Assembly: GCA_934098705.1 (NCBI GenBank)
Contig: CAKOPC010000002.1
Location: 158,457-222,456 of the forward strand
DNA length: 64,000 nucleotides
Direction of reading: 5' to 3'
Source: an uncultured Bacilli bacterium
Lineage (GTDB): Bacteria; Bacillota_I; Bacilli_A; RF39; UBA660
The notes below the pieces were generated by a model. The model searched no databases, was not told the origin of the DNA, and worked only from the letters and a program-made list of their open reading frames with translations. Positions 19,578 to 29,959 of this stretch are shown piece by piece. Position numbers and translations under genes: made by a program. The first letter of the stretch is position 1. Every line of letters starts with the position of its first letter.

Positions 19578-22500
19578 TAGAAATCCTCCTTCTCATAATC
19601 ATCATCAAATTCATCAAAATCATTATCTTCTAAATTTTCTTCGTCTAAACTGGATAAGTTTTCTTCATTTTCCATATCTTCTTCTTGTTCTTTATCCATC
19701 GTATCTTCATTTATTTCTTTAGCAAGTTTACTGATTTCAACATCATCAAGTGATAAATTCATTGTTTCATTTGTTTCTTCTTTTTCTATTTGTTTTAAAT
19801 CTAAAACTTCATTTTTATCATTAATTATTTGGATATCAAGTCCTAAAGCTTGGAATTCCTTAATTAATACTCTAAAGCTTTCTGGAACACCTGCTTGATC
19901 TACTTTTTGTCCTTTAACTAATGCTTCATATACTTTAACACGTCCCACAACATCATCTGATTTTACAGTTAAGATTTCTTGTAATGTATGAGCTGCACCA
20001 TATGCATATAATGCCCAAACTTCCATTTCTCCAAATCTTTGTCCACCAAACTGTGCTTTTCCTCCTAAAGGTTGTTGTGTAACAAGTGAATAAGGTCCAG
20101 TTGCTCTTGCATGCATCTTATCTTCAACCATGTGACATAGTTTAATCATATACATAACTCCAACTGATACACGGTTATCAAAAGGACGTCCTGTTCTACC
20201 ATCATATAAAACAGTCTTTCCATCTGGATCCATCTTTGCTTCTGCCATCATATCTCTTACATCTTGTTCTGTTGCACCATCAAATACTGGTGTTGCAAAA
20301 TGTACGCCTAATTTTTTACCAGCCATACCAAGATGTAACTCTAATACTTGACCTAAGTTCATACGTGATGGAATACCAAGTGGATTTAACATTACATCAA
20401 CTGGAGTACCATCTGGTAAATATGGCATATCTTCTTCAGGTAAAATAAGTGAAATAACACCTTTATTACCATGACGACCAGACATCTTATCTCCAACTTG
20501 AATTTTTCTTTTTTGAACTATATATACACGAATTAATTTAATAACTCCTGCAGCAAGTTCATCACTATCTTTCCTTGTAAAGATCTTAACATCATGTACT
20601 ATACCTTCTCCACCATGTGGAACACGAAGTGATGTATCCCTAACTTCTCTTGTTTTTTCACCAAATATAGCATGAAGTAATTTTTCTTCACTTGTAAGTT
20701 CAGCCATACCTTTTGGTGTTACTTTACCAACTAAAATATCGCCTTCTTTTACTTCAGTACCAATTCTTATAATACCATTTGCATCAAGATTCTTTCTTGC
20801 ATCTTCACTAACATTTGGAATATCTCTTGTAATTTCTTCCGGTCCAAGTTTAGTTTCACGACAAGGCATTTCATAATCTTCAATATGAACTGATGTTAAA
20901 GCATCTTCTTTTACTAATCTTTCATTTAAGATAACAGCATCCTCATAGTTATAACCATGGAACATTGTAAAGGCAACAACTAAGTTTTTACCAAGAGCAA
21001 GCTCTCCATTATTAGTTGATGGTCCATCTGCAATTACTGTATTTCTTAAAACTTTATCTCCAACTCTTACAATAGGTCTATGATGGAAACAAGTATTTTG
21101 GTTAGAAGCCATAAAATCTGATAAATAATATGTATCTTCTCCGCCTTTATTTTTTACAACAATTTTTCTTGCATCAACATATGTTACAACACCATCTGCT
21201 TTAGCAACTATTGTTGAACCAGAATCTCTTGCAGCAATCCATTCAACACCAGTTCCAACATATGGAGCTTCTGTTGTTAAAAGTGGTACTGCTTGACGTT
21301 GCATGTTAGAGCCCATTAAAGCACGAGTTGCATCATCATGTTCCAAGAAAGGAATACAACTTGTTGTAATTGATACAACTTGTTGTGGTGAAACATCTAT
21401 ATAATCAACTTTATCTGGAGTTGTCATAATAGTTTCTCCTCTATAACGAGCAGCAACTTGATCTTGAATTATCTTATTGTTTTCATCTGTTTTAACAGTT
21501 GATTCAGAAATTATTAAGTCAGTTTCTTCATCAGCTCTAAAGTATTTCACTTCATCTGTTATAACACAATTAGTAACCTTACGATAAGGTGTTAAAATAA
21601 ATCCATAATCATCAATTTTAGCATAACTTGCAAGTGCAGTAATAAGTCCAATGTTAGGTCCTTCTGGAGATTCAATAGGACAAATTCTACCATAGTGAGA
21701 TTCATTAACATCTCTAACTTCCATACCAGCTCTATCACGAGATAATCCACCAGGTCCTAATGCTGATAAACGTCTTTTATGAGTAAGTTCTGCAATAGGG
21801 TTTGTTTGATCCATGAATTGTGATAATTGTGATGAACCAAAGAACTCCTTAAGTATTGCAGTAACAGGTCTTATATTAATTAAAGTTTTTGGAGTAACTT
21901 CATCTATTTCCTGAGTTGTCATTCTCTCTCTTATTACTCTTTCCATTCTTGTAACACCAACTCTAAATTGATTTTGTAAAAGTTCTCCAACTTGTCTTAC
22001 TCTTCTGTTTCCTAAATGATCTATTTCATCAAAATTACCAATACCATCAAGTAAATTTAAATAATAAGAACATGCAGCATAAAAATCTGAAATAGTTAAA
22101 CGTTTAGATTCTATTGTATAATCATTACCAATAATTCTAATCTTTTTCTTTTTATTAGATGGATCATATATAGTAATAGTTTGAACTTTATTATAAGAAT
22201 CTAAATCTTCATTTATTTTAGTTTCTTTTAAATTATAACCATTATTAAATACTTCTTTTAACTGTGCTAAAATATCTTTAGTTATTACTGTACCTTTAGC
22301 AAATAAAACTTCTCCATCAACTTTTATATCTTCGGCAAGGGTTTGATTTAAAACTCTTTCTAAAACATTAAGCTTTAAGTTAAATTTATATCTTCCTACC
22401 TTTGCTAAATCATATCTAAATTCATCAAAGAATCTAGTTATAATTTGGTTTTTACTACTATCTAAAGTAGCAGGCTCTCCAGGTCTTAACTTTTCATATA

Positions 22501-23206
22501 TTTCAATTAATGCTTCATCAGTATTTCTTGTTGAATCTTTTGCTATAGTATTTTTAATGTAATCATTATCACCAAAAAGGTTAATAATATCATCATCACT
22601 AGATAGACCAAATGCTCTTAAAAGAGTTGTTAGTGGTACCTTTCTAGTACGATCAATTCTAACATATAAAATATCTCTTGCATCAGTTTCAAACTCAAGC
22701 CAAGTTCCTCTTGTTGGTATAATTTGAGAAGTTATAAGAAGTCTACCATTTTTATCTATTTCACGGTTAAAATAAACACTTGGACTTCTTACAAGTTGAG
22801 ATACAATTACACGCTCTGCTCCATTTATAACAAAAGTTCCACTATCTGTCATAAGTGGCATATCACCCATAAATATTTCTTGTTCTTTTACTTCTCCTGT
22901 TTCATTATTAAATAATCTCACATCAACTTTTAAAGGTGCAGAATAAGTTGCATATCTTTCCTTACACTCTTTAATAGAATATCTAGGTTCTTCAAAACGA
23001 TAATCGCCAAACTCAAGTGATAAAGTTCCTGCAAAATTCTCGATTGGAGATAAATCAGTAAGTACCTCTTCTATTCCTTTTTCAACAAACCAGTTGTATG
23101 ATTTTTTTTGGATTTCCAATAAGTCCATCAATGGATATGTATTTTTTATCCCTGAAAAACTTCTTCTTTGACGGTGGTTTCCACAATTAATTACTTTGTA
23201 CGCCAC
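19577..23206 (-). CDS. rpoB: DNA-directed RNA polymerase subunit beta. It carries an acidic C-terminal tail.
   Basis: The protein is 1209 aa. The rif-cluster region is [32 protein letters not shown]. The C-terminal approximately 40 aa are D/E-rich. Confidence 0.97.
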   Translation of the reverse strand: MAYKVINCGNHRQRRSFSGIKNTYPLMDLLEIQKKSYNWFVEKGIEEVLTDLSPIENFAGTLSLEFGDYRFEEPRYSIKECKERYATYSAPLKVDVRLFNNETGEVKEQEIFMGDMPLMTDSGTFVINGAERVIVSQLVRSPSVYFNREIDKNGRLLITSQIIPTRGTWLEFETDARDILYVRIDRTRKVPLTTLLRAFGLSSDDDIINLFGDNDYIKNTIAKDSTRNTDEALIEIYEKLRPGEPATLDSSKNQIITRFFDEFRYDLAKVGRYKFNLKLNVLERVLNQTLAEDIKVDGEVLFAKGTVITKDILAQLKEVFNNGYNLKETKINEDLDSYNKVQTITIYDPSNKKKKIRIIGNDYTIESKRLTISDFYAACSYYLNLLDGIGNFDEIDHLGNRRVRQVGELLQNQFRVGVTRMERVIRERMTTQEIDEVTPKTLINIRPVTAILKEFFGSSQLSQFMDQTNPIAELTHKRRLSALGPGGLSRDRAGMEVRDVNESHYGRICPIESPEGPNIGLITALASYAKIDDYGFILTPYRKVTNCVITDEVKYFRADEETDLIISESTVKTDENNKIIQDQVAARYRGETIMTTPDKVDYIDVSPQQVVSITTSCIPFLEHDDATRALMGSNMQRQAVPLLTTEAPYVGTGVEWIAARDSGSTIVAKADGVVTYVDARKIVVKNKGGEDTYYLSDFMASNQNTCFHHRPIVRVGDKVLRNTVIADGPSTNNGELALGKNLVVAFTMFHGYNYEDAVILNERLVKEDALTSVHIEDYEMPCRETKLGPEEITRDIPNVSEDARKNLDANGIIRIGTEVKEGDILVGKVTPKGMAELTSEEKLLHAIFGEKTREVRDTSLRVPHGGEGIVHDVKIFTRKDSDELAAGVIKLIRVYIVQKRKIQVGDKMSGRHGNKGVISLILPEEDMPYLPDGTPVDVMLNPLGIPSRMNLGQVLELHLGMAGKKLGVHFATPVFDGATEQDVRDMMAEAKMDPDGKTVLYDGRTGRPFDNRVSVGVMYMIKLCHMVEDKMHARATGPYSLVTQQPLGGKAQFGGQRFGEMEVWALYAYGAAHTLQEILTVKSDDVVGRVKVYEALVKGQKVDQAGVPESFRVLIKEFQALGLDIQIINDKNEVLDLKQIEKEETNETMNLSLDDVEISKLAKEINEDTMDKEQEEDMENEENLSSLDEENLEDNDFDEFDDDYEKEDF

Positions 23207-23305
23207 TAAAAGTCACCCCTACTTTCAAAAATTTAAATTATATGAACATGTTTCAAAAAAAGAAACATCGCCAACTTATATTAATAGCACAAGTAAAGCA
23301 ATTTG

Positions 23306-23896
23306 TCAATTAAATTTTACCTTAAAAACATAAAAACCTTTATTTTTATCTATTAGCTTAACATCTGCTATTTTTTCTAAATCTTTTTTTGTTGTTAAAG
23401 CTCCCTGATTCTTATTTACAACATAATAAAGAGTACCATTATTCTTCAAGTGTTCTTTAGCATCAAATAATATTTTATAGACTATATTTTTACCTGCTCT
23501 TATTGGGGGATTAGTAACAATATAATCATATTTTTTAGTTACTTTATCGTAAATGTTACTTTCAAATGCCATAACTTTATCACTTACTTTATTTTCTTTA
23601 ATATTCATACAAGATAAATGAACCGCTCTTTTATTAACATCTACCATATCACAATTTAAAGAAAAAAAGGTTGATAAAATAATTCCGATAACACCATATC
23701 CACAACCAACATCAAGTAAATTTCCAGTTAAGTTTTCTTTAAGTAAAGCATTAATTAATGTTCTACTTCCAAAATCTAATCCTTTCTTTGAAAATACTCC
23801 TAAGTCAGTATTAAATGTAAATGTCTTATCTTCAATTTTTATCAACACTTTTTTAATTTTACTTTCTAACCTTTCATTTGTAAAATAATGATTCAT
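23306..23896 (-). CDS. ybxB: Class I SAM-dependent methyltransferase, small-domain (MTS) type, YbxB-like
   Basis: The SAM motif LLDVGCGYGVIGIIL and the NPPI motif (IVTNPPIRAG) are present. Its position between rplL and rpoB is exactly that of B. subtilis ybxB. Confidence 0.75.
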   Translation of the reverse strand: MNHYFTNERLESKIKKVLIKIEDKTFTFNTDLGVFSKKGLDFGSRTLINALLKENLTGNLLDVGCGYGVIGIILSTFFSLNCDMVDVNKRAVHLSCMNIKENKVSDKVMAFESNIYDKVTKKYDYIVTNPPIRAGKNIVYKILFDAKEHLKNNGTLYYVVNKNQGALTTKKDLEKIADVKLIDKNKGFYVFKVKFN

Positions 23897-23967
23897 AAGT
23901 ATAACCCCCTTTTAAACAAGAAAAACCCAAATGCATAAAATAATGCTATTTAGGTTAGATAAAATTA

Positions 23968-24336
23968 CTATTGTAATTCTATTTCAGCGCCAGCTTCTTC
24001 AAACTTAGCTTTTAATTCATTAGCTTCATCAACTGAAATATTTTCTTTAATATTTCCACCATTATCAGCAACTTCTTTTGCTTCTTTTAAACCTAAACCT
24101 GTAACTTCTCTAATTAATTTAATTACATTAATTTTAGCAGCTCCAGCATTTTTTAATACTACAGTTTTAGTTGTAGGTCCTTCGTTTACATCAGCTTGAG
24201 CTGGCATAGCAGCAACTGCTACTGCAGATGGATCAACACCAAACTCTTCCTTCATTGCGTCAACTAATTCCTTTACTTCTAATAATGTCATTTCTTTTAA
24301 TGAACTAATAAAATCTTCTTTTGTTATTTTTGCCAT
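23968..24336 (-). CDS. rplL: 50S ribosomal protein L7/L12
   Basis: MAKITKEDFISSLKEMTLLEVKELVDAMKEEFGV; the hinge is AAMPAQA; the C-terminus is KAKFEEAGAEIEL. Confidence 0.95.
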   Translation of the reverse strand: MAKITKEDFISSLKEMTLLEVKELVDAMKEEFGVDPSAVAVAAMPAQADVNEGPTTKTVVLKNAGAAKINVIKLIREVTGLGLKEAKEVADNGGNIKENISVDEANELKAKFEEAGAEIELQ

Positions 24337-24368
24337 AATATATTCCTCCTTAATTTTTTATATTATTA

Positions 24369-24860
24369 TTAATTTTCTTTTTGTTCTGCTAAAAGATTTA
24401 AAGCGATACTTAAATCTTTTACAATAGCTATCATACCACAAGATAACATTGCATATAATCCATCTCTTCCAGGAATACTTGCGAATTCTTTTATCTTTGC
24501 AGTATCACATGTACTACCTTCAACCATACCAGCTTTTAATTCTAGTACTTTGTGGCCTTTAGCATAATCACTTAAAACTTTAATTGCTGCTATATCATCA
24601 CTTGAAAATGCGATAGCAGTAGGTCCTTCAAGATAACTATCTAAATTAATATTTTCATCATTTAAAGCAAGCTTTAATAATGTATTCTTATAAATTTTAT
24701 AATCTGAGTTATTGTCTTTTAATTTAGCTCTTAACTCTTTTGACTCGTTATCTGTAAGACCACGATAATTAAATAAAACTATAGATTTAGAATTATTTAA
24801 CTTATCCTTAATTTCATTAACTACTTTTTTCTTTTCTTCTAATGCTTTAACACTTGGCAT
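24369..24860 (-). CDS. rplJ: 50S ribosomal protein L10
   Basis: The protein is 163 aa and lies between rplA and rplL. The N-terminal region is L10-like (NYRGLTDNESKELRAKLK). Confidence 0.9.
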   Translation of the reverse strand: MPSVKALEEKKKVVNEIKDKLNNSKSIVLFNYRGLTDNESKELRAKLKDNNSDYKIYKNTLLKLALNDENINLDSYLEGPTAIAFSSDDIAAIKVLSDYAKGHKVLELKAGMVEGSTCDTAKIKEFASIPGRDGLYAMLSCGMIAIVKDLSIALNLLAEQKEN

Positions 24861-25040
24861 AAGACACCTCCTTATAAAATATATTTTAATCGTGCCTTTA
24901 TAAAAAGTCTTTGTAAGACACTACAAAGACTTTAATATACTTAATTTTAAAGTCCTCGGTAGGATTTACTTTTACAACCTACTGTCTACGGCACAAATAA
25001 ATTTCAAATGTATTATATAATACTTTTATTAATTTGTAAA
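24861..25040 (-). promoter_or_regulatory. Putative L10 (rplJL) leader / autoregulatory 5-prime UTR
   Basis: A 190-nt untranslated gap lies between rplA and rplJ. It contains a perfect 11-bp hairpin (aagtctttgta-agacac-tacaaagactt at about 24907-24934) and further GC-containing stems (cctcggtaggattt...cctactg). This location carries the L10 leader in Firmicutes. Confidence 0.4.
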
Positions 25041-25048
25041 CAACTTTT

Positions 25049-25741
25049 TTAGAAATTGTTTATATCTAATTTTATAGATGGACTCATAGTTGATGAAATA
25101 GAAATTGATTTAACATATGTTCCCTTTACAGTTGCAGGTTTAATTCTTAAAATTGTTTTAACAAATGCTTCTAAGTTTTCTTTTAAATCTTCATCTGTAA
25201 ATGATATCTTACCAACAACTCCATGGATATTACCATAAGAATCTGTACGATATTCAACTCTACCTGCCTTAGCATCTAATACTGCTTTTTCAATATTAGT
25301 TGTAACAGTACCTGTTTTAGGATTTGGCATTAAACCTTTTGGTCCTAAAATTTTACCAAGTTTTCCTAAAGCTGGCATCATATCAGGTGTTGCAATCATC
25401 ATATCAAAATCAAACCAGTTTTCTTTTTCTATTTTTTCTAAAATATCTAAATCTCCAACATAATCAGCGCCAGCTTTTTTAGCAGTTGTTGCATAATCTC
25501 CTTTAGCAACTACTAAAACTTTAACACTTTTACCAGTTCCTTTTGGTAATACTAAGGCACCTCTTAATTGTTGATCTGCTTTTTTAACATCTAAGTTTAA
25601 ATTCATAGAAACTTCAACAGTTTCATCAAATTTTGTATTTGCAATACTCTTTAATAAAGTAATTGCAGAAGATGTATCATATAATCTATTTTTTTCTATT
25701 TTTTCTTTTACAGATCTATAATTTTTTCCTCTATATTTCAT
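25049..25741 (-). CDS. rplA: 50S ribosomal protein L1
   Basis: The protein is 230 aa. MKYRGKNYRSVKEKIEKNRLYD is followed by the L1 fold motifs. Confidence 0.93.
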   Translation of the reverse strand: MKYRGKNYRSVKEKIEKNRLYDTSSAITLLKSIANTKFDETVEVSMNLNLDVKKADQQLRGALVLPKGTGKSVKVLVVAKGDYATTAKKAGADYVGDLDILEKIEKENWFDFDMMIATPDMMPALGKLGKILGPKGLMPNPKTGTVTTNIEKAVLDAKAGRVEYRTDSYGNIHGVVGKISFTDEDLKENLEAFVKTILRIKPATVKGTYVKSISISSTMSPSIKLDINNF

Positions 25742-25816
25742 TTTTTATTCCTCCTTATGTGGTATTTTTTTTATAAGCGATATTTCTATCTCCCACGTAA
25801 GTAACTTTAATAGTTA

Positions 25817-26410
25817 CTATTCTTCAGTAGTTGTTTCTTCTGTATTTTCAGCTACTGTTTGTTCTTTATTTTCTAATACTTCTTTTTCAAGTTCTGCTAA
25901 CTCTTCTTTACGTTCTTCAAGTTCTTTTTCCTTTTCTTTTGCTTCTTCTGCTTGTTCTTGAAGTTCTTTATCGTTAAGTCCTTTTACAGCAACACCCATA
26001 TTACGTGCAGTACCTTCAACAATTTTCATTGCTTCTTCTACTGTATATGCATTTAAATCAGGTAATTTTATTTCAGCTATTTCTTTTAATTGCTCTTTTG
26101 TTAATGTTGCAACAACATCATTAGCACCTTTTGCTGAACCCTTATTAATTTTTGCATATTTCTTAATTAAAAATGCAGCTGGTGGAGTTTTAATTACAAA
26201 ATCAAATGATCTATCATCATAAATTGAAATTTCAACAGGTAAAATATCACCCATTTTATCTCTTGTAGCTTCATTATATTTTGTACAAAATTCTCCTAAA
26301 TTGATTCCTGCTGGACCTAATACAGTTCCTACTGGAGGAGCTGGTGTTGCTTTTCCAGCAGCAATTTGTAATTTGATTTTTTTAACAACTTCTTTTGCCA
26401 CGAAAAACAC
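25817..26410 (-). CDS. rplK: 50S ribosomal protein L11 with an approximately 55-aa acidic/coiled-coil C-terminal extension. The true start is probably the second GTG, at 26401.
   Basis: [34 protein letters not shown] is the canonical L11 N-terminus. The RBS aaggagag lies 8 nt upstream of the GTG at 26401. After [10 protein letters not shown] the ORF continues in frame for about 55 residues that are rich in E/K. Confidence 0.9.
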   Translation of the reverse strand: MFFVAKEVVKKIKLQIAAGKATPAPPVGTVLGPAGINLGEFCTKYNEATRDKMGDILPVEISIYDDRSFDFVIKTPPAAFLIKKYAKINKGSAKGANDVVATLTKEQLKEIAEIKLPDLNAYTVEEAMKIVEGTARNMGVAVKGLNDKELQEQAEEAKEKEKELEERKEELAELEKEVLENKEQTVAENTEETTTEE

Positions 26411-26536
26411 TCTCCTTTTTTATATTTTTTTTCGTGAGTGGTCATAATGACTATTTGCCTCCCACTAAATTTATATCAATAAACATTGATAAACGTAACA
26501 ATAATAACATTATTTTTAAATATTTGCAAGCAATTT

Positions 26537-26899
26537 TTATATTTTTTTGGTTTTTTTAATTATTTTAGGATTATTATAATTTAATGTTTCACTTTTAAGA
26601 TTATAAATACGTTGCATATTAAAATCACTTATCTTACATTTAGAAGCATTAATATCCATAAAAAGATCATTCCATCTATTATATAAATCTTCATCAAATA
26701 TTTCTATCATATTTAAAAGTTCATGTGATTTTTTTCCTAAAAGTGCCCCATTATCTATATCTTCTAAACCTTTCATACATCTTTTAGTAATATGATGAAA
26801 AGTCAAAAAATTCCTTTTTGAAATCTTAAATCCCATCCAGTCTTTTTCATAAGTACAGTAAACCTTTTGCATTTCAAGTAAAATATTTTTATCTCTCAA
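26537..26899 (-). CDS. Small HNH (His-Me finger) endonuclease-like protein
   Basis: LTFHHITKRCMKGLEDIDNGALLGKKSH matches the HNH core pattern (hDHIiP..GG.d..DNlqLL...CH). The protein is 120 aa. It is inserted between nusG and rplK, which are normally adjacent. Confidence 0.5.
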   Translation of the reverse strand: MRDKNILLEMQKVYCTYEKDWMGFKISKRNFLTFHHITKRCMKGLEDIDNGALLGKKSHELLNMIEIFDEDLYNRWNDLFMDINASKCKISDFNMQRIYNLKSETLNYNNPKIIKKTKKI

Positions 26900-26921
26900 A
26901 ATAAAAACCCCCTAAATAATA

Positions 26922-27467
26922 TTATGCTCTTTCTATCTCTGAAATCATAACCTCAACACTTGTTTCTTGTCCAAATAAATCAAGTAATATCATAACTTTA
27001 TTATTGGCTAAATCAAGAGAATCAATCTTTCCTTCCATGCCATTAAATGGTCCCGCAATAACTTTAACTTTATTACCAGGTTGTAAATCAGTACCAGCCT
27101 CAAGTCTTGTCATACCCATACTACCAAGAATCTTATCAACTTCATATGGTTGTAAAGGAGTAGGTTTTGCACCCTTTCCAGAGGAACCAATAAATCCAGT
27201 AACACCTGGAGTATTTCTAACAATAAACCAAGCCTCATCTGTCATAATCATTTCAACTAAAATATAACCAGGGAAAAGTTTTTTAACTCTTTCTTTTACC
27301 TTTCCATCCTTTTCTACTTCCTCTTTTGTTTCTGGTACAATAACTCTAAAAATATAGTTTTCCATACCCATAGAATTTGTACGCATTTCAAGCTTTTCTT
27401 TTACCTTATTCTCATGTCCTGAATAAGTATTAACAACATACCATTTCTTATCCATTACGCAACCCAC
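26922..27467 (-). CDS. nusG: Transcription termination/antitermination factor NusG
   Basis: The NGN domain is KWYVVNTYSGHENKVKEKLE. The KOW motif is GPFNGMEGKIDSLD. Confidence 0.93.
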   Translation of the reverse strand: MGCVMDKKWYVVNTYSGHENKVKEKLEMRTNSMGMENYIFRVIVPETKEEVEKDGKVKERVKKLFPGYILVEMIMTDEAWFIVRNTPGVTGFIGSSGKGAKPTPLQPYEVDKILGSMGMTRLEAGTDLQPGNKVKVIAGPFNGMEGKIDSLDLANNKVMILLDLFGQETSVEVMISEIERA

Positions 27468-27691
27468 ACCTTCACAAATGACATTAAAGCACTAATTAAA
27501 TAAAAGAATACTGCAAGTAAGATAACAAATACTAAGGTAACTATTGTATACTTTAAAATGTATTTTTTATCAGGCCAATGTACCTTTTTCATCTCTTCAA
27601 TAACATTTTTTAAAAAACTATTTTTCTTTACTTTTTTACTTTTTTCTTTTGTTTTTATTTTTTTTTCTTTTTCTTTAACCATTTTATCCAC
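27455..27691 (-). CDS. secE: Preprotein translocase subunit SecE
   Basis: The protein is 78 aa with a K-rich N-terminus. It has a single C-terminal transmembrane helix preceded by the conserved VHWPDKK motif. It overlaps the nusG start. Confidence 0.8.
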   Translation of the reverse strand: MDKMVKEKEKKIKTKEKSKKVKKNSFLKNVIEEMKKVHWPDKKYILKYTIVTLVFVILLAVFFYLISALMSFVKVWVA

Positions 27692-27696
27692 CTCTA

Positions 27697-27730
27697 TTTT
27701 TTTTCAAAATAAAAACACGTCTTCGTGTTT
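27697..27730 (-). other. Terminator-like hairpin plus U-tract located between a TTGACA element and the secE RBS. It may be a leader element or a residual terminator.
   Basis: On the minus strand the hairpin aaacacg-aaga-cgtgttt is followed by tttttattttg and then gaggtgg-N5-ATG (secE). A TTGACA sits about 30 nt upstream of the hairpin. Confidence 0.3.
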
Positions 27731-27926
27731 ACATATATAAAGTAACACAAAAAGTATTAAATGTCAATAATAAAGGATAATGTTAATTTAAAATGTATTT
27801 TTTACTATTTTTAGTATAAATATTATTTTTTTATATCTTTATTTTCTGGAGTGTTTATTATATTATTTTGTTTTATAATATTATTTTTTCTTTTCTAATA
27901 CTACATTTACTTTAAAATTAATTTAT

Positions 27927-27959
27927 AAAAAAAGTAGATATTATTTTTAATGTATCTAC
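27927..27959 (-). terminator. Intrinsic terminator downstream of the dus gene
   Basis: On the minus strand the hairpin gtagata-N12-tatctac is followed by a T7 run, starting about 35 nt after the dus stop. Confidence 0.45.
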
Positions 27960-27996
27960 AATTTATTACTTTTAAACTGTTATTTATGTATTTTAT

Positions 27997-28989
27997 TTAA
28001 GCATTTAAATCACTTATTTTTTCTTTAAAATCAAGTAATATTTTTAAAACTTCATCTTTATCCTTAGTTTTAAAAATAACATCTCTCACTTCTTTATAAC
28101 CATCTATTCCCTTTAAATACCATAAAACATGATTTCTAATTTCTAATACTGCAACTTTTTCATTATGATATTTTAATAAATAATTAAAATGTTTAATAAG
28201 CATATCTACTTTTTCTATATCAGTTGGTTTATCTATAACTTTTCCATTTTTAATATACTCATTTATTTCTTTAAATATCCAAGGATTTCCAAATGAAGCA
28301 CGTCCTACCATTACTAAATCACAGCCTGTTTCATCCATCATTTTTTTAGCATCATATATTGTTTTAATATCACCATTACCTATAACAGGAATTTTTACAC
28401 TTTGCTTCACTTCTTTTATAATATCAAGATTAACTTTACCACTATAACCTTGACTTCTTGTTCTACCATGTACAAATATAGCACTTACTTTAGCTTCCTC
28501 TAAAACTTTAGCAACTTTAGCAGCATTAATACTATCATCATCCCATCCTATCCTTATTTTACAAGTTACAGGGCAATTAACATTTTTTATAACTTCTGTT
28601 ACTAAATTTTTTATTTTTGTTACATCTTTTAAAAGATAACTACCAGCTTTAGATCTTAAGGCAACCTTTGGAACAGGACATCCCATATTTATATCAATTA
28701 TAGCATTGTGATACATATTATTTAGTATTTTAGCAGCTTCTGCCATATTAACAATATTAGAACCAAAAATTTGAATAGCAACTGGTATTTTTATATCTTC
28801 AATTCCCTTTAACATATCAAATGTCTTTTTGTTACCTCTTATAATAGCTTCACAACTTATAAGTTCAGTAACAGCATAGCCAAGGCCTAATTCCTCACAA
28901 ATTTTTATATAAGCAGAATTTGATATGCCCGCCATTGGAGCAAGACATGAAAAACCCTCTATTTTTTTATTTCCAATATAAACGCTCAA
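27997..28989 (-). CDS. dusB: tRNA-dihydrouridine synthase (DusB family)
   Basis: The motifs LAPMAGISNSAYIKICEELG and NMGCPVPKV (active-site Cys) are present in a TIM-barrel flavoenzyme architecture. Confidence 0.88.
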   Translation of the reverse strand: MSVYIGNKKIEGFSCLAPMAGISNSAYIKICEELGLGYAVTELISCEAIIRGNKKTFDMLKGIEDIKIPVAIQIFGSNIVNMAEAAKILNNMYHNAIIDINMGCPVPKVALRSKAGSYLLKDVTKIKNLVTEVIKNVNCPVTCKIRIGWDDDSINAAKVAKVLEEAKVSAIFVHGRTRSQGYSGKVNLDIIKEVKQSVKIPVIGNGDIKTIYDAKKMMDETGCDLVMVGRASFGNPWIFKEINEYIKNGKVIDKPTDIEKVDMLIKHFNYLLKYHNEKVAVLEIRNHVLWYLKGIDGYKEVRDVIFKTKDKDEVLKILLDFKEKISDLNA

Positions 28990-29003
28990 AAAACATCACC
29001 TAC

Positions 29004-29909
29004 CTAAAACATACTATTTATCGCATCTTTATATATTTCTTTTGCAATAGCATATCCATTGTCTATGAAATTAACAACCTTTTCTATAGAAACACCACTA
29101 TTAATTTCAAGTACTTTATATTTGTTATCTACTGTTTTTACTATATCAATTGATACAAAATTACAATCAATGTTATTAACAATTTTGTTAACAACTTTTA
29201 TAAGTTCTTTCTTTATTTCTTCATCTGTAACAATAAATGCCCTGGAACCTTTTGATAAATTAAATTTAAAATCATAATTATATACTTCATTCTTTTTTAA
29301 TATATAATTTTTTATTTTTTTATTTTTAAAATATGGTTCATTAAATTTTACTAGTAAATCCTTTAAACTTGACATGCCATCTCCAACAACAACAGGATTT
29401 TTCTTACCATACATAAGTTTTATTTCTTTATTTAAGACAATAACTCTATACTCGTTTATAATTTTTTCATATGGAGTTACACTTAATGATCTATTAGATA
29501 AAAAAAGTTTATTACTTGTTAACAAAAATGATGAAAAACTATTAATATGATACACTCCAAAACCTTTGGAACCATTATTAACTTTTAATACAATATCTTT
29601 ATTATATTTATTAAATATCTCTTTCATATAAGAAATACCACTTTTATTTTTAGCATATCTACTTTTATTTTTACTACTATATAAAATACTATGTTCTATA
29701 ACAGGAACATCTATATTTTTAAGCACCTCATAAGTTGCATATTTATCATCAAATGCTATACCTAAGCCATGGTTATTTAAATCAAATTTGTTACCCCAAA
29801 TAAATTTAGTTTTCCCATTTTTCTTAAGACATATTAAATAGTTATTGGATATTATCTTATACTCTATATCAAGTTCTTGACATATATCATCTAAAAGTTC
29901 TTTAAGCAA
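29004..29909 (-). CDS. ATP-grasp domain protein of unknown substrate
   Basis: The central segment is YEKIINEYRVIVLNKEIKLMYGKK. The C-terminal segment DCNFVSIDIVKTVDNKYKVLEINSGVSIEK matches the ATP-grasp consensus (E.R..V..G.; VLE.N..PG). Confidence 0.55.
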   Translation of the reverse strand: MLKELLDDICQELDIEYKIISNNYLICLKKNGKTKFIWGNKFDLNNHGLGIAFDDKYATYEVLKNIDVPVIEHSILYSSKNKSRYAKNKSGISYMKEIFNKYNKDIVLKVNNGSKGFGVYHINSFSSFLLTSNKLFLSNRSLSVTPYEKIINEYRVIVLNKEIKLMYGKKNPVVVGDGMSSLKDLLVKFNEPYFKNKKIKNYILKKNEVYNYDFKFNLSKGSRAFIVTDEEIKKELIKVVNKIVNNIDCNFVSIDIVKTVDNKYKVLEINSGVSIEKVVNFIDNGYAIAKEIYKDAINSMF

Positions 29910-29959
29910 TATAAAAGCCTCCTTAAAACAAAAGTATGACTAAATCATACTTTTACTTT

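Noticed and set aside
27692-27996. Expected rpmG (L33) gene upstream of secE
   Set aside because: Neither strand has an ORF with the four-cysteine L33 signature in this 300-bp gap. The region carries promoter and terminator-like elements only.
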